64,000 nt of DNA from contig JAMPXJ010000012.1 in NCBI GenBank assembly GCA_023701205.1, positions 8,797-72,796 on the forward strand, written 5' to 3'. Below are positions 9,791 to 18,472 of this stretch, piece by piece. The notes beneath the pieces are model-generated. The model was not told the origin of the DNA, did not search any database, and saw only the letters and a list, made by a program, of their open reading frames with translations. The translations under genes and the position numbers were made by a program. The DNA comes from Oligoflexia bacterium (GTDB lineage: Bacteria > Bdellovibrionota > UBA1018). The first letter of the stretch is position 1. Each line of letters begins with the position of its first letter.

Positions 9791-10708
9791 CTACTCGTGC
9801 CGCGCCAGCTGGCTGCGCAGCGTCTCCAGGACCTTGAGCGCGGCAGGTGCATGGCTGCGCCCCTCGAGATAGGCCACGCTGATGGCGTTCTTGAGCGGCT
9901 TGCCGCAGCCCTTGAAAATATGAAGCGGTTCGCCCTCCTTCAACAGCTTGGAGACGAGGTGCATGGGTAACACGCCCGCGCCGGCGTTCGTGAGAATGAG
10001 GCGTGCGATCCCCTGGACGTCCATGACCGTGGCGCGGACATTGAGGCTGATATTGCGCGCGCTCAGGTGATGCGCGAACCACATGCGCAGAATCGGCTCG
10101 CCTTCCTGGTACTCCACGAAGTCCAGCGTCTCGAAGAATTTGCGGGTGTTTTTCGGAGCAGGCTTTTCGGAAAGATAACGTTGGCTCGCGCAAAGCTCCA
10201 GGAGCTCGTCATAAACCTTCTCGGTTCGGATGCGGCGGTCCATCCGGAACTCGTCGACAAAGGCGAAATCCAGTTCGCCACGCAGCAGGAGCTCGTTCAT
10301 CGCCGAGGCGAAACCCAGCCTGACCTTGAAGCGGATCAGGGGATACTGCCGGGATAGCCCGGCGAGCAACGGGATCACGAGGTTGTTGCCGAACTCGATG
10401 GGCATGCCGATCGCCACGGTTCCGGAGAACTGCCGGTCCACGCCCTTGATGTGGGCCAGCGCGCGTTCGAGCTCCTCGAGGCCGCTCGAGCAGCGTCTGA
10501 AAAGCTGCGTGCCATCGCCGGTCGGGACGAGCTTGCGCTGGATTCGGTCAAACAGCTTCACGCCCAGCACGTCCTCGAGAGTCTTCATGTGTTGGCTCAC
10601 GCCGGACTGGGTCAGATGCAGCTCCTGCGCGGCGAGCGTCATGCTGCGGTTCCGGTAAACGCACTCGAAGACCCGCAGGTGATTCAGATTCACGTGGTCG
10701 ATGAGCAT
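9791..10708 (-). CDS. LysR family transcriptional regulator
   Basis: N-terminal HTH LNHLRVFECVYRNRSMTLAAQELHLTQSGVSQHMKTLE plus LysR substrate-binding region. Confidence 0.9.
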   Translation of the reverse strand: MLIDHVNLNHLRVFECVYRNRSMTLAAQELHLTQSGVSQHMKTLEDVLGVKLFDRIQRKLVPTGDGTQLFRRCSSGLEELERALAHIKGVDRQFSGTVAIGMPIEFGNNLVIPLLAGLSRQYPLIRFKVRLGFASAMNELLLRGELDFAFVDEFRMDRRIRTEKVYDELLELCASQRYLSEKPAPKNTRKFFETLDFVEYQEGEPILRMWFAHHLSARNISLNVRATVMDVQGIARLILTNAGAGVLPMHLVSKLLKEGEPLHIFKGCGKPLKNAISVAYLEGRSHAPAALKVLETLRSQLARHE

Positions 10709-10716
10709 CGATGCCC

Positions 10717-12063
10717 TCAGGGTTTGGCCGGCGCAGCGCTCTTGAGCGAAAGCGCCCGACCCTCGGCGCCCGGCAGGCGCAGCCCGAGCGCCTGGGCGAT
10801 GGTGGGCCCGACATCCACCAGCCGGACCGTTCCGAGCACCTTTCCCGGGGTGGCGCAGGAGCCCGCCGCGAGGAAGCTGGTGTGGATCCCGGGGGTGTCT
10901 GGCGCGAAGCCGTGTTCGCCGTGCGGGTGAGGCAGCGTTTCAAGCAGGGAGCCCGTGAGCCGCGACCCCATTCCGGCACCCGAAACCGGCTCGAGCGCGA
11001 CGAAAGCGTCGGGAAAAGCTCCCATTCCGTCGAGCGCCCGGCGGTCGACGATCCGGTAGTTCCCTTGGGAGTGCTTGCGCAGGAGCCGGAGCACCCGGGG
11101 AGCGAGGGCCGGTTCGCGCACGTAGATGCTGGCCTGCGCGCCATTGAGGTCGGCGATGACCTTCCAGCTGGCGAGTTTTCCGTCAGGAGCGGTCGTGAGC
11201 CAGCCTTCGCGGGCGAAAAGCGTGTTGATATGGATGAGCCGGCTGACGTCGGCGAAGCCGTGATCGCCCACGATGAAAAGGCAGTCGCGTTCGAGGTCAA
11301 GCTCGTCGGTAAGACGCTTGACGAGCCGATCCAGGCTTCGCCAGGCCTCGCGGGATTGCAGGGAGTCCTTCCCATGGAAGTGCTGCTCCAGGTCTCCGTG
11401 GGCGAGATGGAGGAGAAGAAGGTCCGGACGGGCCCGGCGCAGCAGGTGGCGCGCGGCCTCGGTCATCCACTCGTCTTTCTGCAGGGTGCCCGTAAAGCCG
11501 GTTCCGACCGCGGAAGCGAGCTCCCGCATGATCTCCGGGCGGGTTCGGCGCTCGGTCTCGGCCCAGATCGCCTCGGGCGCGAAGGTGTCGCGTGGAAAGA
11601 CTTCCGGTACGACCCATTCGGCATCGGCGCCCGCCGAAACCGGCCAGTTCAGCAGCGCCACGCTCATTCCGGCTTCCTTGGCGGCCTGCCAGAGGGTGGG
11701 AACGCGGATGTCCCGGGCATCCCAGTACCAGGCGGTCGTCGGTCCTTCGCCCATAGTGAAGATTCGGTTGCCCAAGACACCGTGTCGGCTGGGAGAGGCG
11801 CCCGTGGCGAGCGTCGTATGGCTGGGATAAGTGACGGAAGGATAAACCGGTATCACGTCCAATGAAAACGCCCCTCGCGCAAGAAGCGCCTTGATCGCGG
11901 GAGTCTCAAAGGTCGAGTCGGTAAGGAATTCCTTTCGAAGCGCGTCGAGCGACAGGATGACTGTGCGAGGGCGCCCGGAAGACGCGACGCCGCCGCCCGG
12001 CTGGCGAACGGAGGCGCAGCCGAGGAGAAGCGTCATGCTGATCAGAATAACCCGGGCGACCAT
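10717..12063 (-). CDS. alkaline-phosphatase-superfamily phosphodiesterase / nucleotide pyrophosphatase (type I phosphodiesterase family), lipoprotein
   Basis: Lipobox LLLGCAS. Metal-site motifs ILSLDALR, TYPSHTTLATG, FIVGDHGF. Confidence 0.75.
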   Translation of the reverse strand: MVARVILISMTLLLGCASVRQPGGGVASSGRPRTVILSLDALRKEFLTDSTFETPAIKALLARGAFSLDVIPVYPSVTYPSHTTLATGASPSRHGVLGNRIFTMGEGPTTAWYWDARDIRVPTLWQAAKEAGMSVALLNWPVSAGADAEWVVPEVFPRDTFAPEAIWAETERRTRPEIMRELASAVGTGFTGTLQKDEWMTEAARHLLRRARPDLLLLHLAHGDLEQHFHGKDSLQSREAWRSLDRLVKRLTDELDLERDCLFIVGDHGFADVSRLIHINTLFAREGWLTTAPDGKLASWKVIADLNGAQASIYVREPALAPRVLRLLRKHSQGNYRIVDRRALDGMGAFPDAFVALEPVSGAGMGSRLTGSLLETLPHPHGEHGFAPDTPGIHTSFLAAGSCATPGKVLGTVRLVDVGPTIAQALGLRLPGAEGRALSLKSAAPAKP

Positions 12064-12096
12064 TTCTGCTTATTATGAGTCGCCCGAGCGCAAACC

Positions 12097-13344
12097 TCAA
12101 GCTTTCTTCTTGCCGGTTTCGGGCAGAAGCAAGCCGCCCGCGATCAAGGACCAGCCGAAGAAAGTGAAGATCACGAAGCCGGGCAGGAACGAGCCGGTCT
12201 GGTCCCGTAAAGCTCCGGTGATGACGGGTGCCAGGAACGCGCAGACATAGCCGATGCCGTAATAAACGCCATTGAGCATGGCGAGCTTTTCCGGCGTCAT
12301 GCCCGGGAGCTCCATGCCGATCGTGGTGAGGGGCGAGATCCAGAGGAAAAGGCCGATTCCGAACAGCACCGCGCTCACCTGAAGCAGCAGGAGGTTCGAA
12401 GTGAGGAAAAGCCCGAACGCGGCGACCCCCATGAGTGCCCCAGCGAACAGGATGAGCGGCTTGCGCCGGGGAAGGCGTTGGGTCAGCAGGCCCCCGATCA
12501 CTGCCGAGGGGATCCCGACCATATTGGCCAGTCCGGTGAGGCGCGCGGCCTGCGCGCGATCCATTTCGAACATCTCGCGGTAGAAAGTCGGGAGCCAGGT
12601 ATTGAAAACGAGGTAGAGGCAGAGCGGCCCCGCGGCCGCGAGCGTCAGGAGCCAGACCTCCTTCATTCGCACGATCTCAGCGTAACGGGCCAATGCGCCG
12701 CCCTTTTTGCCCGGGTCAGCAGCCTGTCGCACGAAGGGCGTGCGATCCTTGCCGAAAAGCAGCCAGCCCAAAGCGAGAGCGGTGCTGATCACCGCATACG
12801 TGGTCAGGGTGCCCGTGCGGCCGTAGGCCTGGGCGAGCGGCGGGGTGATGAAAAGCGAAAGCGTGATCCCGGAGTTGACGGCGACGTAGTTGAAGCCGTT
12901 GACCAGGGGCAACTCCTCTTTGGGGAACCACTGCATGATCGCGGAGCCCAGGAGCGTCACCACGACCGCGCCGCCGACGCCAAAAAGCACCCGGGTGGCG
13001 ACGAGCGAACCGTAGTCATTCGTGAAGGGCGAGAGGAGGCTTGCGCAGATGCAGAACATCCCGAGCAGCAGGGTGCGGCTCACACCCATGCGTAGCACGA
13101 GCATTCCGGCGACGAACGGGATGAAGATCTTCGCGAACGAAACGGACGAGATGATCATGCCGGCCTTGGCGTGGGTCAGGCCGAACTGGCTCGTGATCTC
13201 TCCCAGGAAGGGCGAATAGCCGATCCAGGATAGACCGAAGACAAAGTAGCTGAAAAAGAGCAGTCCCCAGATCAGGAACCGGTAACGGGGGTGCGCGCTC
13301 GCGCCTGTGGAGGCGTTCAGGGTCAGCGTTCGGGTGTTCGACAT
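12097..13344 (-). CDS. MFS transporter
   Basis: Twelve predicted hydrophobic helices, 415 aa, MFS-like loop motifs. Confidence 0.8.
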   Translation of the reverse strand: MSNTRTLTLNASTGASAHPRYRFLIWGLLFFSYFVFGLSWIGYSPFLGEITSQFGLTHAKAGMIISSVSFAKIFIPFVAGMLVLRMGVSRTLLLGMFCICASLLSPFTNDYGSLVATRVLFGVGGAVVVTLLGSAIMQWFPKEELPLVNGFNYVAVNSGITLSLFITPPLAQAYGRTGTLTTYAVISTALALGWLLFGKDRTPFVRQAADPGKKGGALARYAEIVRMKEVWLLTLAAAGPLCLYLVFNTWLPTFYREMFEMDRAQAARLTGLANMVGIPSAVIGGLLTQRLPRRKPLILFAGALMGVAAFGLFLTSNLLLLQVSAVLFGIGLFLWISPLTTIGMELPGMTPEKLAMLNGVYYGIGYVCAFLAPVITGALRDQTGSFLPGFVIFTFFGWSLIAGGLLLPETGKKKA

Positions 13345-13389
13345 TTCAGCTCCTTGTGCTCGTTCGCCGGGTTTTCGTTCCCGTGTCTC

Positions 13390-14913
13390 TCAGGCGGGCA
13401 GCTCGGCCAGGGCGCGCTTGAGGATCTTCCCGCTGTCGCCTTTGGGAAGCTCTTTGACGAAACGGAAATATTTCGGGATCTTGTATTTTGCGAGATTCCC
13501 CAGGCAATACTCGGCCATCTCCTGCTCGGTGAGCGCCTGGCCCGGATGCAGGGTCAGGAACGCCTTGCCGACCTCGCCCCACCTGGCGTCGGGCACGCCG
13601 ATGACGGCGGCCTCGTGAATTTTCGGATGCGAACGGAGGAACTGCTCGATCTCCGCCGGATAGACGTTCTCTCCGCCGCTGATGTACATGTCTTTCTTGC
13701 GGCCGACGACGTAGAAGTAACCCTCGGCGTCCCGCCGCACGAGATCGCCCGTGCGCAGCCAGCCGTCCTGGATCGTGGCGGCGGTCGCTTCGGGTCGGTT
13801 CCAGTAACCGGCCATGCAGGCGGGTCCGCGCAGCAGGAGCTCGCCGATCTCGTCGGCGCCGGAGAGCTCGCGCCCGTCATTGTCCACGATCTTGACGTCG
13901 ATGTAGAAGTTCGGAAACCCGATGGAGCCGATCTTGCGGATGGAGTCCTCCTCGTTCAAGGAGAAGACGCTCGGGCCGAACTCAGTCAGGCCGTAGCCCT
14001 GGCGGATGGGGATGCCCTTGGCCTCCCAGGTGCGGATGAGGTCCACGGGCATCGGCTCCCCTCCGACGATCGCGTAACGCACGGTCTTGAGGCTCGCTTT
14101 GGTGAATAGGGGAGTGCGGTACATCATGTCCATCATCGTCGGCACGCCGAAGAGGATCGTGACCCCTTCGCTGTCGCAAAGCTGGAGCACGCGCTCGGGA
14201 TCGAACTTGCGAACGAGGATGGATTTGCCGCCCCGGTGCAGCAGCGGGGTCGTGAGGACGTTCCAGCCGCCGGTGTGGAAAAGTGGGAGAAACGCGAGCG
14301 TCACGTCGCTCTGGATGAGGTTCAGGCGGAGGCCCGTGTTGATCGAGTTCCAGAAGACGCTGCCTTGGGTGAGGATCGCGCCCTTCGGGCTGCCGGTCGT
14401 GCCGGAGGTGTAGAGGATCAGGATCGGGGTCTCGGGACCGAAGCCCATCTCGATGAGCGGCCGGTCCTCGGTTGCCGTGAGCGCCGTACTCAGGCTGTCG
14501 TCACCGTCGAAGTGCAGCAGCTGCGCGGGCAGGGCGGCGCGGTCGAGCTTGTCGACGACCTCCTGGAACTGGCGCTGGTGGATCAGGAGCTTGGGCGCGC
14601 TGTCACCCAGGATGTGGGCGATCTCGCGCGGCGCGAGCCGGAAGTTCATCGGCACGAGGATCGCACCGAGGCGCTGGGTCGCGTAAAAGAGCGGGAAGAA
14701 CTCGAGCTCGTTCGTGGCCAGCACCGCGACGCGGTCGCCGGCCCGGATGGCGTACTTGTCCCGCAGGAAATACGCGAGGAAATTGGCCTGCTCCAGCAGC
14801 GCGCGATAGGTGATCTCCCGGCCCGTGTCGGCGTCCTTGAAAGCCACCGCCTCGGGTGAGTAATGGGCCCATCTCTTGAGCCAGTCGGCTTCGAAATACT
14901 GAGAAGCGGTCAT
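13390..14913 (-). CDS. long-chain-fatty-acid--CoA ligase (AMP-binding enzyme)
   Basis: AMP-binding signature ILYTSGTTGSPKGA; C-terminal KIPKYFRFVKELPKGDSGKILKR. Confidence 0.9.
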   Translation of the reverse strand: MTASQYFEADWLKRWAHYSPEAVAFKDADTGREITYRALLEQANFLAYFLRDKYAIRAGDRVAVLATNELEFFPLFYATQRLGAILVPMNFRLAPREIAHILGDSAPKLLIHQRQFQEVVDKLDRAALPAQLLHFDGDDSLSTALTATEDRPLIEMGFGPETPILILYTSGTTGSPKGAILTQGSVFWNSINTGLRLNLIQSDVTLAFLPLFHTGGWNVLTTPLLHRGGKSILVRKFDPERVLQLCDSEGVTILFGVPTMMDMMYRTPLFTKASLKTVRYAIVGGEPMPVDLIRTWEAKGIPIRQGYGLTEFGPSVFSLNEEDSIRKIGSIGFPNFYIDVKIVDNDGRELSGADEIGELLLRGPACMAGYWNRPEATAATIQDGWLRTGDLVRRDAEGYFYVVGRKKDMYISGGENVYPAEIEQFLRSHPKIHEAAVIGVPDARWGEVGKAFLTLHPGQALTEQEMAEYCLGNLAKYKIPKYFRFVKELPKGDSGKILKRALAELPA

Positions 14914-14952
14914 TTCGTCTGTCCTCCTGTTATTTCGTTCTCCGCCTGGGGG

Positions 14953-15978
14953 TCAGGACCAGCGGATCGCGGCCGCGGCCATGGCCAGCCCGCCGCCCGA
15001 ACCCACGAGCATGATCAGGTCGCCTTTCGCGATGGCGCCTTTTTCGGCGGCATCGGCCAGTGCCATGGGAATGCAGGCGCTGCCGGTGTATCCATACCGG
15101 TCCATGATGTTATGCGCAAGCTCCCGGGAGACACCGAGCTTATCCAACGTCTCGTGGATGCTGCCGATGTTGATCTGGGTGATGAAGTACTTCTTCACCT
15201 CGCTTGCGGGTCGACCCGTCCGGTCGAGCAGCGTGCGGACCAGGCCCGACCAATGGGTGCTGTTGAGATCGAGCGGGATCTTCTTGGCGAAATCCAGAAG
15301 GTGGCGCTTGGCGTCGACCACCTCGCGCGTGACGGGACGGAAGGTGCCGCCGCCGTAGATGCCCATGGAGTCGTGATACTGACCGTCGCTGAAGAGCTGG
15401 GTGGCGAGAACGCCTTCGTCGCCGGAGGTGGGCTGCAGGATCGCGGCTCCCGCGCCATCGGCGAAAAGGCTGGCGATCTTGTAGTCGTCCCAGTTGAGGA
15501 ACTTCGTCATGCCGTAGGCTCCGACGACCAGGATGTTGCGGTAGCGGTCGTCCGCCTGGATGTATTTGGTCCCGATGTCCAACGCGGTCACGAAGCCCGC
15601 GCACGCGGCGTTGATATCGAAGGTTCCCGCGTGCCGTGCCTCAAGCTTGTGCTGCACCACGGAGGCGGTCGAAGGCGAGAGGTAGTCCGGCGTGTCCGTG
15701 GCGACGATGATCAGATCGAGGTCTTTCGCGGTGATGCCGGCCTTTTCCATCGCCCGGCGGGCGGCTGGAACGATGAGATCCGAGGTGGCCTGGTCCTCCG
15801 CCATGAACCGACGCTCGAAGATATTGCGCTTCTCGCGCAGGAAGGTATCGACGTCGACGCCGTATCGTTCGTTGAAATAGCTGTTCGGCACGATCTTCTC
15901 GGGCGCGTACATCCCGATTCCCGCGATTTTCGCGGTGACGCGTGGCAACGTGGCGGCGGTGACTTGGGAATCCTTCAT
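14953..15978 (-). CDS. beta-ketoacyl-ACP synthase III family enzyme (FabH-like KAS III)
   Basis: Active-site region DINAACAGFVTALDIG, 341 aa, thiolase fold motifs. Confidence 0.85.
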   Translation of the reverse strand: MKDSQVTAATLPRVTAKIAGIGMYAPEKIVPNSYFNERYGVDVDTFLREKRNIFERRFMAEDQATSDLIVPAARRAMEKAGITAKDLDLIIVATDTPDYLSPSTASVVQHKLEARHAGTFDINAACAGFVTALDIGTKYIQADDRYRNILVVGAYGMTKFLNWDDYKIASLFADGAGAAILQPTSGDEGVLATQLFSDGQYHDSMGIYGGGTFRPVTREVVDAKRHLLDFAKKIPLDLNSTHWSGLVRTLLDRTGRPASEVKKYFITQINIGSIHETLDKLGVSRELAHNIMDRYGYTGSACIPMALADAAEKGAIAKGDLIMLVGSGGGLAMAAAAIRWS

Positions 15979-16231
15979 GATGCTCTCCGTTCAGGTGAGC
16001 CCAACCTAGTCCATCGCGTCCCGCGAACAAGTTTCGGCGAGCCGGTTCCGCCTTTTTGACCGGAACGGCCCCTTCGGTACCGAATTTTTATACTGCCGAA
16101 ATCGAGCGATGAATGATGGTTTTGTTCGGGAAAATTTGCGAAAAATCCACGAAATCCTGCCCCCGACCCTTCAGACATCCAACCCAGCCCGGGGGACGGC
16201 AGGCTCGCGGGCAATTAAGGCGGAAAAGAAA

Positions 16232-16981
16232 ATGAAGAACCTGACTTTCAATTACAAGGACAAGGCTGCAGTGGTCACCGGCGGCGCCCAAGGTATCGGC
16301 TTCGAGATCGCCAGGAGCTTTCTCGCCGCGGGAGCGAAGGTTTCGATCTGGGATTACTCGACGGAAGCGCTTGCGGCCGCGAAGAGCGAGCTGAAGGAGT
16401 TCGGCGATCGGGTGCATTTCGCCCAGGCGGACGTGACCAAGACGGCTTCCTGCGCCGCGGCGGCCGCCGAGGTGCCTTTCAAAGTGGAAATCCTGGTCAA
16501 CAACGCGGGGATCACCCGGGACAAGAGCTTCGCGAAGATGACGTCGGAGGACTTCGAAGCCGTGATCAGCACCAATCTCACGGGGCTTTTCAACGTGACC
16601 AAGAGCCTCACGGAGAAGTTCAACGGCGATAGCAGCCACAAGCGCATCATCAACATTTCGAGCGTGGTGGCCCTCTACGGGAACTTCGGCCAGACCAACT
16701 ACGTCGCCGCGAAGGCGGGCGTCATCGGCTTGACGAAGACCTGGGCGCGCGAGCTCGGCCGCAAGGGTTTCACGGTGAACGCCGTGGCTCCCGGGTTCAC
16801 CCGCACCGCGATGGTGGCCAAGATGCCACCCGAAGTGCTCAAGTCCATGACCGACAAGGTTCAGGTGGGTCGGATCGGCGAGACTTCGGATATCGCCAAT
16901 GCCTGCCTCTTCCTCGCTTCGGATGAGGCCGGCTACATCAACGGCACAACCCTGAGCGTCGATGGCGGCCTCGTGATCTGA
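16232..16981 (+). CDS. SDR family oxidoreductase (3-oxoacyl-ACP reductase FabG-like)
   Basis: ATG at 16232 after GGCGGAAAAGAAA. Rossmann motif AAVVTGGAQGIG, NNAG and catalytic YxxxK region. The upstream 41 codons of the ORF-track call are likely 5'UTR. Confidence 0.85.
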   Translation: MKNLTFNYKDKAAVVTGGAQGIGFEIARSFLAAGAKVSIWDYSTEALAAAKSELKEFGDRVHFAQADVTKTASCAAAAAEVPFKVEILVNNAGITRDKSFAKMTSEDFEAVISTNLTGLFNVTKSLTEKFNGDSSHKRIINISSVVALYGNFGQTNYVAAKAGVIGLTKTWARELGRKGFTVNAVAPGFTRTAMVAKMPPEVLKSMTDKVQVGRIGETSDIANACLFLASDEAGYINGTTLSVDGGLVI

Positions 16982-17012
16982 GCCGAATTCCAAGGCTGGC
17001 CGAGTGAGAGAA

Positions 17013-17045
17013 CCGCCGTTTCCGCCGCGTTCGCGGGAGCGGCGG
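17013..17045 (+). terminator. GC-rich hairpin (CCGCCGC...GCGGCGG) downstream of FabG-like gene; weak U-tract
   Basis: Inverted repeat read from sequence; U-tract is poor. Confidence 0.3.
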
Positions 17046-17057
17046 TGCTTTATAGTG

Positions 17058-17142
17058 CTCGCCCTCCGCTCCGCGCCTTCGCGCTTCGCTTGACTCCCTC
17101 GCACCCCAGTTCGCCGTCCGCTCTCGCGCCTTCGCGCTTCTC
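17058..17142. repeat. two ~27-bp imperfect direct repeats (CCGCTC(C/T)CGCGCCTTCGCGCTTC(G/T)CTTG) about 57 bp apart
   Basis: Read directly; non-coding region upstream of the AT-rich XRE promoter pocket. Confidence 0.4.
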
Positions 17143-17270
17143 TTGGCCCGCGGGCACCTTCAGAAGGTGTCTTTCGTGGGTGCCTGGACGACACTCAGGA
17201 AGGGATATTCCGGTAACCATCTGCCGGGGTTGGTGCGAGTCGCATCCCAGGGTGGGTCTGGTTCCCGGTT

Positions 17271-17353
17271 AAGATTGAAAGTTTTTTAAAAAAAGAGTTT
17301 TCATTTTATTTTACTTGGTATAGGTTAAAAAAAATTAAACGGGGAACATAAAA
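17271..17353. promoter_or_regulatory. strongly AT-rich tract (promoter/UP-element-like) upstream of XRE gene
   Basis: AAGATTGAAAGTTTTTTAAAAAAAGAGTTTTCATTTTATTTTACTTGGTATAGGTTAAAAAAAATTAAAC in a ~65% GC genome. Confidence 0.4.
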
Positions 17354-17647
17354 ATGAAAATCAAGACAACTCGGAAAATCACGGTTCAAGACACGGCGCG
17401 CATTCTTCGTGGTGTGCGCAAGCAGCTGAAGCTGACTCAGGTAATCGTCTCCAAGAAGATGGGGATCTCCCAGGGCTCGCTTTCCAAGATGGAAACCGCC
17501 AAGGCCGAACCCTCCGCCATCCAGTGGATGGAGTTCTGCCGCACTACGGGCATCCCGACCGACGCGCTTTTCCGCGACGATTTCAACATCGGCGCGCTGA
17601 AGCCCATCAACGAGAAGGGACGCAAGGCCGCGGGCAAGCGCCTCTGA
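17354..17647 (+). CDS. XRE family (Cro/C1-type HTH) transcriptional regulator, 97 aa
   Basis: HTH LKLTQVIVSKKMGISQGSLSKME. Confidence 0.8.
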   Translation: MKIKTTRKITVQDTARILRGVRKQLKLTQVIVSKKMGISQGSLSKMETAKAEPSAIQWMEFCRTTGIPTDALFRDDFNIGALKPINEKGRKAAGKRL

Positions 17648-17671
17648 GCGCTTTCTGATCGGAAACTGAAA

Positions 17672-17708
17672 GGGTCGTCCGGTTCGCCGGGCGGCCCTTT
17701 TTTTTCTG
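17672..17708 (+). terminator. intrinsic terminator: 11-bp stem (2 G-U pairs) with UUCG tetraloop followed by U9
   Basis: GGGTCGTCCGG-TTCG-CCGGGCGGCCC TTTTTTTTT immediately after the XRE stop. Confidence 0.7.
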
Positions 17709-17765
17709 GTGCACCCGGCACGTCGCCCAACGCAGAGGGCTTGCAGGAAGCCGGATGGCCGCTCG

Positions 17766-18472
17766 TCAGGCTTCGGCCGGAGCCCTGGCTGCGCTCGGGA
17801 CCGTCAGAAGCGCATAGCCGTCAGGAGGCACGAACCGGATCTCGATACCCAGCTTGGAAAGTTTCTTTCGAAGATGGAACAGATGCACGTCCAACGTCTT
17901 CGCGGTCACTGTCACCCCGCTCCAGACCTCTGACAGCAGATGCTTGCGTGAGACGCAGTCGCCGCGCGCGCTGTGCAGCAGCGAGAAGATGCGGAGCTCC
18001 TTGGCCGTGAGCTGCACCGAGGCGGAGTTATCCCTCTTTACGGTCAGGTTCGACGCATCCAGGACGACCCCCGATTGCCCGTCCGGGGAGGCATTCTCGC
18101 GGCTCTTGAGGATGCGCTCCACCTTCACTACGAGCTCGTTCTTGGTAAAGGGCTTGGTCAGGTAGTCCAGGGCGCCGTCCTCGAAGCAGGCGCGAAGGAT
18201 GTCCAGGTCGTCCACGGAGGAGACGATGATGAAGGGAGAGCGGATCAGCTCGACATTTTTTTCGTTGCTGATGAAGTCGAGGAAATTGTCTTCGGCCAAT
18301 CGCAGGTCGGCGATGACGAGGTCCGGGCGATAAGGCTTATCCGAAAGTGTTTGCAGGAACTCCCCGAGCGTCGGGAAGAACTCGAGGCGATAGCGAAGCC
18401 CGAGAACCTCTTCGAAAACGAAGCGCGCGCCGGCCTCGTCTTCCAGAACCCAGATGGTCTTCTCCGTTTTCA
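17766..18472 (-). CDS. OmpR/PhoB-family two-component response regulator
   Basis: Receiver domain (VIADLRL, TKP) plus winged-helix C-terminus (LTAKELRIFSLL...TLDVHLFHLRKKL). Probable TTG start forming TTGA overlap with kinase stop; ORF-track start at 18521 is probably too long. Confidence 0.8.

Noticed and set aside
14863-16059. long antisense ORFs: 14863..16059 +, 18539..19573 +, 26376..27491 -, 28468..29397 -, 29962..31539 +, 31625..32539 +, 34583..35443 -, 37533..38411 -, 51088..52314 +, 60580..61269 - and similar
   Set aside because: Each lies opposite a gene with clear family motifs. They are compositionally Arg/Ala/Gly/Pro-rich with no recognisable domains.
16982-17353. possible tRNA or small RNA gene in fabG-XRE intergenic region
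   Set aside because: No cloverleaf-compatible segment or T-loop (GTTCRANYC) consensus found by eye. Only hairpins and direct repeats.
17354-17647. XRE gene as antitoxin of a toxin-antitoxin pair
   Set aside because: No adjacent small toxin-like ORF on either side; flanks are non-coding AT-rich DNA and a terminator.
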